This document shows, piece after piece, positions 55,457-64,000 of a stretch of 64,000 nt of DNA; the stretch's first letter is position 1; each line of letters begins with the position of its first letter. The notes under the pieces were generated by a model. The model ran no database searches. It was not told where the DNA came from and was given only the letters and a program-made list of their open reading frames with translations. The stretch is from the NCBI RefSeq assembly GCF_964204645.1, contig NC_134032.1, forward strand, positions 3,062,175 to 3,126,174, in the 5' to 3' direction. A program made the translations under genes and the position numbers. This stretch comes from Tubulanus polymorphus (taxonomy: Eukaryota; Animalia; Nemertea).

Positions 55457-56885
55457 CATGCAATAAAATATTAACATCAAATCACAGGAAAAACAGTACG
55501 AGAGTGGACATACATTTATAATCGCTTTTATAATGGATAACATAGGAATAGAGAATATTTGCAAATAAAATATGTAAAATGTAAAACAAAATATAATACT
55601 ACAGCAAGGAAACTAGGTGGCGATACAATCAAGTGAATATAATATAAAAAGAATTAAAGTGTTGAACGGAGGTCAAATAAAGAGAGGGCAAATGGATAAC
55701 ATAGTGTAGCCGGTACGCGTCCGCGATTTAGTGTCATCCTCTGGTAGCGACCGATAGGTGTCGTGATCATCAGATCTCCTCAATATTGTAAATACTCTTG
55801 TTATGTTTTTAAAATATTTTTTATTATTCTCTCGATATGTAAATATTTGTAAACGAAATCTTTTTTTTCCTCCACGTTCCATGGAAATGGTTGGAGAGTA
55901 ATAAATTATCTTATCTATCTTATCAATAAGCGTGGCTACAGGGGGTCCGTCTTGGTCCTGTAGTCGCGGGGAGTGGAACTACAAAGGGGAAATCCTCAGA
56001 AAGTTTCCGCCGAAGGGATGGACAGCTTCAGAGACAAAAAGTTTATAGTTCGTAAAAAAGGAATAACTACTGTATAATTTGTATACATATTTAATGTATA
56101 TATAAAAAGGTTAAATAAATGGTCTAAAAAAAATCTTAATCTATCTTAGTTATGAATTATTTATTATTTATAATCTATTATCTATAAAAGAGGCTAGTGC
56201 AAGGATCTGTCCTTGCAAAAATCCACGATTAATGACTCAATGGTCGCTGAATTTAGGCCCACGAAGACCCAAAATAATGCCCATGGCATAAAATTAAAAA
56301 GGTATCAGAGACAGATCTCACGACACATCTCATCCGAGAGGAAAAAGCCGCCAGGTTGACTATTCCCGATGGATTAAAAATAGATACATATCGTCGAGTT
56401 GACTGACGTCAGAGCCCGGCCTGACCTGGGTCGCCCCAGGACAGGAGAGCGGGCGTTATTGTTTACCTCTAATCAATGTAGGTCGAGACGAGAGTGACGT
56501 TTGCGCGCGCTGACCCATTTTTATAGATCCGCACAGTGTGACGTCACCGTGCATGGAGGATGACGTCACACAGCACAAAAAATGGCCGCCGCGCAAAAGC
56601 TCCGAGTTTAAAAGTTTAGACGACTATACAAATAGTAAATCGGGATCTTACGTAGTAAAATAAGGTGAGAGCGAAAAGTGATCAACCTACAGTTTTGATT
56701 GTTAAAAGCTGAAATTAATTATATTACTATATGCAGAGAAAATGAGGTGCACAGAACGTGAAATGAAAGGCGCGAGCTAATTATCGCCCAAAAACATTAC
56801 AATTAAAAAAAATGAGGAGGAAAAACAGAAACTATACATTATAACGACAACATTTTAAACTATTTAACAGGAATTTCCGCTACAA

Positions 56886-57500
56886 TAGGAATAGAGAATA
56901 TTTGCAAATAAAATATGTAAAATGTAAAACAAAATATGATACTACAGCAAAAGGAAACTAGGTGGAGATACAATCAAGTGAATATAATATAAAAAGAATC
57001 AAAGTGTTAAAGTAAAGAGTTAACTAGGTTACACATAAGGCTGGCAATTTCATAGTCTCTGTTGTTATAAGACATCAAAAATAAGAATTTATCGAAAACA
57101 CAAAAAGACTCAAACTCAGTGAAACATACAAGTGAGGATAAAATGGAAACTCTGGCAGGATGAAGCGAGGGACACTCGAGTAAAAAGTGGGATTCGTCCT
57201 CAACGACTTTATCTACAGTACAGTAGAGGCAAAATCTCTCATTGGCTGGTAAAAATGGACGACAGTGACGCGCCGTCTCGATTCTAAGCCGATGGGAACC
57301 GAGACGCAGTTTGGAAAATTCGCGTCTTTTAAGGAAAGAGTTCGAAATTATATATTTTTCTAGTTCAAAGCGTTTTTTAAAAAGTTTGTAAGTTCTTAAT
57401 TTGGGGTTGGAATTACTGTCGTTGATTTGAAATAGCCACGAAGAAGAATATAAAAGATACATTTTAGACTGGAGCAGTTTGATAATTTTATTGGGGTGGT
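56886..57500 (-). mobile_element. 3' fragment of a non-LTR retrotransposon (C-terminal CCHC region and 3' UTR)
   Basis: KLRTYKLFK..KLRLGSHRLRIETARH..RFCLYC..VEDESHFLLECP; the 3' UTR segment 56886-57008 is also duplicated at 55543-55662. Confidence 0.8.
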
Positions 57501-57567
57501 TGGAGCCATGATTAGATCAAACACCATGAAGATCAAATGATTTTAGTATTGAGAAAATTCCAGAACA

Positions 57568-60500
57568 GGCAACCAGTCTTTGAAATGGATGGCGCGGATT
57601 TGTTTTGATTTCTGTTTCGCTGCGCATAAAATAATGATTTTCAGATAAAAACTGCTGACTAAAGACCGCTCGATTCGGCGTAAGACAAGGAACAAGTCGA
57701 AGCAACAGCGAAATGTAAAAACATCAGCATTTTCCCCGTCAATTTTGCAAAAAGACGCTTTTTATCCACTATTTTAATGTCAAGTGTAGTCTGTGTTCAA
57801 ATCGCCACGTGTACATATAGACTATTCATAGAACTGTCAGAGCCACTGACTCCTGTTGAATCCGCTAGGTGTCGCTAGTAATCTTGTCATTGGTTAGTGA
57901 TGATAAATTAAACGATAGATTTTGATTTTCTAGACTAATTGCTGTTTGAAAATTTCGGCGAAAAAAAGTGTCGACTTCACGTTTCAATACAATGATCTTA
58001 AGAAGGCAATATTTCATAGAAACAAACTTCAATATCTCCTGAACTCGTGGACTAAAAATGTAAAGATCATTACACTCGTAGCACTCGCGGGCTAAGTTGA
58101 GGCTAGATCGCAAATTGATTTAAATTCCGATGATAAATACCATTTATCTGTTATCAATTTCATAAAGAGAATAGCTGAAAATCAAACTTGGCCTCTTAAA
58201 TTCAAAATAGCATCTTCATGACATTAATCAGTTTAGAAACATAAACCTGGCAATAATAATAATACTAATAATAATAACTAAATGATAATGCAATTTTTTT
58301 GTTTTAAGCTTAATTTCATCAATAATTTATATTCACTTCAAATTTGCTGCTTTTGGAAAATTCCCCTCGTGAGGCTCACTGTCCCATCACGCGCCTCTAG
58401 TTTAGCCTTAATTCATCCCATTAGACGCCTCTTTCTGCAGCAGCCGTTTTACTGACCTTCACATTGCCTAAAATAACAAAATAAAATCATGCTGTCTTCA
58501 GTATTTAGATTTTAAGATCCTAAACCTTCTGATTGCCGACATGTGATCGTCCATTAATACAGGGTCTTTAGGTAGTAATTCATCCCGGTCAATTGCCTTT
58601 CTTATTAAAACAAGATTCCCCTTAATGTCGAATAAAATTACATGAATCGGTTTTTTTAGATAAGGCTAAACAAAAATGATAGCACCTTAATATTTCTCCG
58701 CAGCGGCCGGGTCATTTTTGTAAAATTTGTAAACAGTTCATTTCTATAGCGGCCGGGTCTGTTATGGTAAAATTGATCACGATTTTAAAAAAAAAGTAAT
58801 GTATAGGGTAGATAGGCGGCCGGCCGGGTCAAGTTTTAAGCTCAGCAGAGCGGAGAAACAATGTATCAATTTTCTTTTCAGCCTAACTTCAAAGATTTTT
58901 TACAATTCTAGTTTATTTATAATTTCAGTTAAGAATCATCTGACAACCGACCACAGCCAAATCATGTTAATGAACCAATTCCACAATCGTCTGATGTTTC
59001 GATAATCCAATTCCACAATCATCTGACAATCGACCACAGCAAAAGGATGTCGCTGCTGATCCTATTACACTTCTGATACAACAGACAAATGATCTCAATA
59101 CTGTTCACAATCGGCAAGCAATACAGAATGATCATCCTCCTCGGGGTGCTTCAGTTTAAAAGTTTTCTGACGGAGACACAGACAATAGCGGTGTAAGTGG
59201 TGAGTAACTTGTTCATATTCCAAGGTTCAGAATGCAGGAAACGGCTTCTAGCGACTGAGGCTTTTAAAATTCGAAAAATTCCCCGACCCTCTTTGGGGCT
59301 TCGAGGTTCCTGTGTGCCCCTGAAAAATGGCCTTTTTTCTGGGATTTGAACCTGCCCTGGTTCCAGGAAAGCCGGAGCCATTGGTTCGAAACGATCTATT
59401 CGAATGTTATTCTTTTCACTGGCTTCGATAAAATATAATTTGTTCACAAATCAGACTAAGGTTAACTACAGTAGCTCTCTAACTCAGCTCCTAACAGAGC
59501 GTATTGATTGATTGATAGTAAAATAAATCTAAACAGTTGAACTAAACTGATTCATTAAACACGGATTTGTTTCAAGGAACCGGGAAAGTAGGGCGTTCTT
59601 CTCGAGTTGTCTAATATATACTACTCAGGTCTGGTATCGCGAGTTGATGAGAATGTGTAATAATCGAGTTCACGTTTAACCTTGCAGGAAGAAATTGATC
59701 TCGAGATGCGGAGCCTGCTGACGTGTGGCGTGTGAGAGGTAACTTACAGGATCTGTGACTCTAGGACAATTTGAATCAGTTGATTTTGATTTCTATTCGA
59801 CTGTCGTCTGCTAATTTTGAGTTCTATTAGACTATCGTCTGCTAATTTTGATTTCTATTCGACTGTCGTCTGCTAATTTTGAGTTCTATTTGACTTCTGT
59901 CTGCTAATTTTGAGTTCTATTTGACTGTCGTCTGCTAATAATCGAGCTGGTTTTTGCTTTTTATTTATAGGTCGTATCGAGCCTGATGCTGGGGTATCGG
60001 GAGACACAATATATAAGTCATGAATGAAAGATGTTATGTCGGATACAGGAACTGATACTTCTAGATGTGGGAGTCATTCAACTCGGGCAGCGGTTGCTTC
60101 AGCTGTTGAAGCAGCTCGACGCGAACACTTTCAGATGGTCGTACTGCGAAGACACGTTTGCACAGTTTTATAATAAGCCGATGATCGGAACTTCTGAGAA
60201 TACTCTGGCGAGGATCTGCACAACTGTAGTCGGTACGGGCTTTTTATTCATCGACGAAATGAATTTTTCATTTGAAATCTCGTAGAATTACGTGTGAATT
60301 GTGGAAATGAGTAGAATTATACACTTGAACAAGACTTACCTGTAAAATTACACAATAAATGAATTGATACCTAAAGAGTTTATTCAGAATATAGAAATGT
60401 TGCAGGTGTTTGCTAAGATCCTTCTTCGATCTAAAAATATGCAATTTCAAGCCGAAGAAACCCGAAATATTTCTGATATTTTGAATAAACTATTTAGCTA

Positions 60501-63500
60501 TCAATTCATTTGTCATTGGATTCTACTCTTATTGATTAACCACAGGTATTGCCTGATCTACAACTGAGACTTACCCGTATAAGGAGAAGTTTGATGGTAA
60601 TTCTACGAATGACCACAAACACGAGGAATGATACAAGCGACGCAGTGGCCGAGTTGGTTTAAGCCGCCGGTCACTGGTCTCGTCAATCCAGGGTTTATGG
60701 GTTCAAACCCCGGTGGCGACAGAGTTTATCCGTCGAAGGTTCTTCTCCGGTCTCTACCCCATCGGGAGAAAGAAACGTCGAACCCGCTTTTAATGCCCTG
60801 CGTGGCGCTTAGCGGGTTGAAAAAAAGATTTTAAAAATTATACGTCCACGCCAGATTACGGCCCTCTCTCGTGTGTTAGCATTTCTCATTGTGTTATGTA
60901 TGATTTTCTATTTTAGGCGGAGTTTGATTTATGATTGACAACTCATTCAGACGTTTAATCTGTCAATTGATTTCGCCTTCTGTGAATAGTGCTGGACGTA
61001 AGTGGATCTCAATCTCCTCAAACACAGGCAAGACTGGTTTAATTGTATAAATCTAATCGGTAATAAGAGACCGGCAACCAGTCTAATCTCTATCCTCCTG
61101 TCAGTCGTGTGTTTTAGTAAATAGTACATGTATTTGTATATATTGTAAATAACCTTGTTATGTTTTTCATTGAAATGTTTTTATTTTTCTCTTAATTCGT
61201 GAAAATATTTGTAAACAAATCGCAAGAAATCCAAATTTTATCAGTTAACGCCGATAAAATTATAATGTTATGAGTGAACGGAAAAGGTAAAATAATGTAT
61301 TAGGAATTAGGAACTTTTCTCGATAAAATATAACAAAGTTGTTAATGATACAAACATCCACTATTTACAATATATCAACTATTAGAGGGATCTATAAACA
61401 TCTAATCCTATTTTGATGGAATTTATTAAACTGGTTTGTAGGATGTTTTGAGATATGTATGCGTTTACCAGCTAGTGCTGCCATCTACAGTCAATTCAAC
61501 TCACTAAATGATCCACCGTTTGAGAACACTCATAAAAATACACTGCAAGTGACAACTTCACAGTAAGATTTACAGACACTAGAAAGAGACTAGAAACAAA
61601 GTGAGATAACTGAACTACAGAATGATATGAAATGAGCCACGTTATGACTACATGAAATTGGAACTACGGTCAATCCTGGAACAACCTCGACCAGATAATA
61701 CTTAGAAACATAAACCAATCCTTATAAACGGAACACTAATATTCGTATGCTATGTTGTTCTGAAGCTTATTTCACACAAGTTTTAGTACAAAAAAATCGG
61801 AAACAAATATCAGAAATAGCGGATATATGTAAATCCATCAAATGTGTCATCGTAAACCCTGAAAGTGTGGTTAGGATCTGATGAAATATTGCAGATCGAA
61901 AGTTTCTACGGAATTCTAAATTTGGATTCTGGGGCTCAATATCAAAGAATGAATCTACACCTCGGAATTCTACTCTGAAAACTGGTTATTCGTGTTTCCC
62001 GCTGATAACTGCTGTAAGACGAGTTCATCCATCCAAATGTCTCCGGTTATCCCAAACACCGGTTAATGGCCCGATCCGTTTCTGTCCAATTTACCGCGAA
62101 AACTTGCTTATTCTACCACCTGAAAACAGGAATAGTATGAGTTAGCAATATATCTAACACCGGTGTTTTTATATCATTCACTCCATTCACTATTGGACTG
62201 TCGTCTGCTAATTTTGAGTTCTATTTGACTGTCGTCTGCTAATAATCGAGCTGGTTTTTGCTTTTTATTTATAGGTCGTATCGAGCCTGATGCCGAGGTA
62301 TCGGGAGACACAATATATAAGTCGTGAATGAAAGATGTTATGTCGGATACAGGAACTGATACTTCTAGATGTGGGAGTCATTCAACTCGGGCAGCGGTTG
62401 CTTCAGCTGTTGAAGCAGCTCGATGCGAACACTTTCAGATGGTCGTACTGCGAAGACACGTTTGCACAGTTTTATAATAAGCCGATGATCGGAACTTCTG
62501 AGAATACTCTGGCGAGGATCTGCACAACTGTAGTCGGTACGGGCTTTTGATTTATCGATGAAATGAATTTTTCATTTGAAATCTCGTAGAATTTCGTGTG
62601 AATTGTGGAAATGAGTAGAATTATACAATTAAACACGACTTACCCGTAAAATTACACAATAAATGAATTGACACCTAAAGAGTTTATTTAGAATATTAGA
62701 AATATTGCAGGTGTTTGCTAAGATCCTTCTTCGGTCTAGAAATATGCATTTTCAGACCGAAGAAACCCGAAATATTTCTAATATTTTAGATTAACTTTTA
62801 AGCTATCAATTCATTTGTCATTGGATTCTACTCTTATTGATTAACCTCGGGTATTGCCTGATCTACAACTGAGACTTACCCGTATAAGGAGAAGTTTGAT
62901 GGTAATTCTACGAATGACCACAAACACGAGGAATGATACAAGCGACGCAGTGGCCGAGTTGGTTTAAGCCGCCGGTCACTGGTCTCGTCAATCCAGGGTT
63001 TACGGGTTCAAACCCCGGTGGCGACAGAGTTTCTCGGTCGAAGGTTCTTCTTCGGTCTCTCCCCCATCGGGAGAAAGAAACGTGGAACCCGCTTTTAATG
63101 CCCTGCGTGGCGCTTAGCGGGTTGAAAAAAAGATTTTAAAAATTATACGTCCACGCCAGATTACGGCCCTTCCTCGTGTGTTAGCATTTCTCATTGTGTT
63201 ATGTATGATTTTCTATTTTAGGCGGAGTTTGATTCGTGATTGACAACTCATTCAGACGTTTAATCCGTGAATTGATTTCGCCTTCTGTGAATAGTGCTGG
63301 ACGGAAGTGGATCTCAATCTCCTCAAACACAGGTAAGACCGGTTTAATTGTATAAATCTAATCGGTAATAAGAGACCAGTCTAATCTCTATCCTCCTGTC
63401 TGTCGTGTGTTTTAGTAAATAGTACATGTATTTGTATATATTGTAAATAACCTTGTTATGTTTTTCATTGAAATGTTTTTATTTTTCTCTTAATTCGTGA

Positions 63501-64000
63501 AAATATTTGTAAACAAATCGCAAGAAATTCAAATTTTATCAGTAAACGCCAATAAAATTATAATGTTATGAGTGAACGGAATAGGTAAAATAATGTATTA
63601 GGAATTAGGAACTTTTCTCGATAAAATATAACAAAGTTGTTAATGATACAAACATCCACTATTTACAATATATCAACTATTAGAGGGATCTATAAACATC
63701 TAATCCTATTTTGATGAATTTATTAAACTGGTTTGTAGGATGTTTTGAGATATGTATGCGTTATCCAGCTAGTGCTGCCGTCTACAGTCAATTCAACTCA
63801 CTAAATGATCCACCGTTTGAGAACACTCATAAAAATACACTGCAAGTGACAACTTCACAGTAAGATTTACAGACACTAGAAAGAGACTAGAAACAAAGTG
63901 AGAAAACTGAACTACAGAATGATATGAAATGAGCCACGTTATGACTACATGAAATTGGAACTACTGTCAATCCTGGAACAACCTCGACCAGATAATCCTT
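57568..64000 (+). repeat. Segmental duplication copy B (runs off window end)
   Basis: Colinear with 32520 onward, including the MITE, 31-bp minisatellite, DIRS relic, SINE and two ~2.3-kb units (~59900-62190, ~62190-end). Confidence 0.9.

Overview
Eukaryotic, intron-containing, repeat-rich genomic DNA, most likely from an invertebrate animal (host not identifiable from sequence alone). The dominant feature is a complete ~16.6-kb, AT-rich Polinton/Maverick-type endogenous virus (1865-18448, ~80-bp TIRs). It encodes a protein-primed DNA polymerase B, an rve integrase with a chromodomain, an A32-like packaging ATPase, a major capsid protein, a penton-like protein and several small membrane proteins. 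At least seven of its genes carry one or two frameshifts or nonsense codons. Three features tie this element to giant/pox-like cytoplasmic viruses (Nucleocytoviricota): (1) a 355-aa intein with a LAGLIDADG homing endonuclease inserted in polymerase motif C (YFD/S...KN/TDA), resembling giant-virus PolB inteins; (2) a poxvirus-late-promoter-like start context (TAAATG at 13 of 15 genes, a preceding T-run at 12 of 15), plus a second motif (ACTCATCACCACAAG) only before three non-structural genes; (3) a zinc-finger protein with a VLTF3/A2-like late-transcription-factor domain. Host genes: a 4-exon caspase with a beta-propeller-like prodomain (21093-26477) and a multi-exon CUB-CUB-PLAT-like type I membrane receptor with a tyrosine-motif tail (46187-55456). 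The remainder comprises a Penelope-like retroelement and a small palindromic insertion carrying hammerhead ribozyme cores, LINE/DIRS/RNase H/transposase relics, a MITE family, a tRNA-derived SINE, many minisatellites and a >6-kb segmental duplication. Family assignments come from motif recognition by eye, not database searches.
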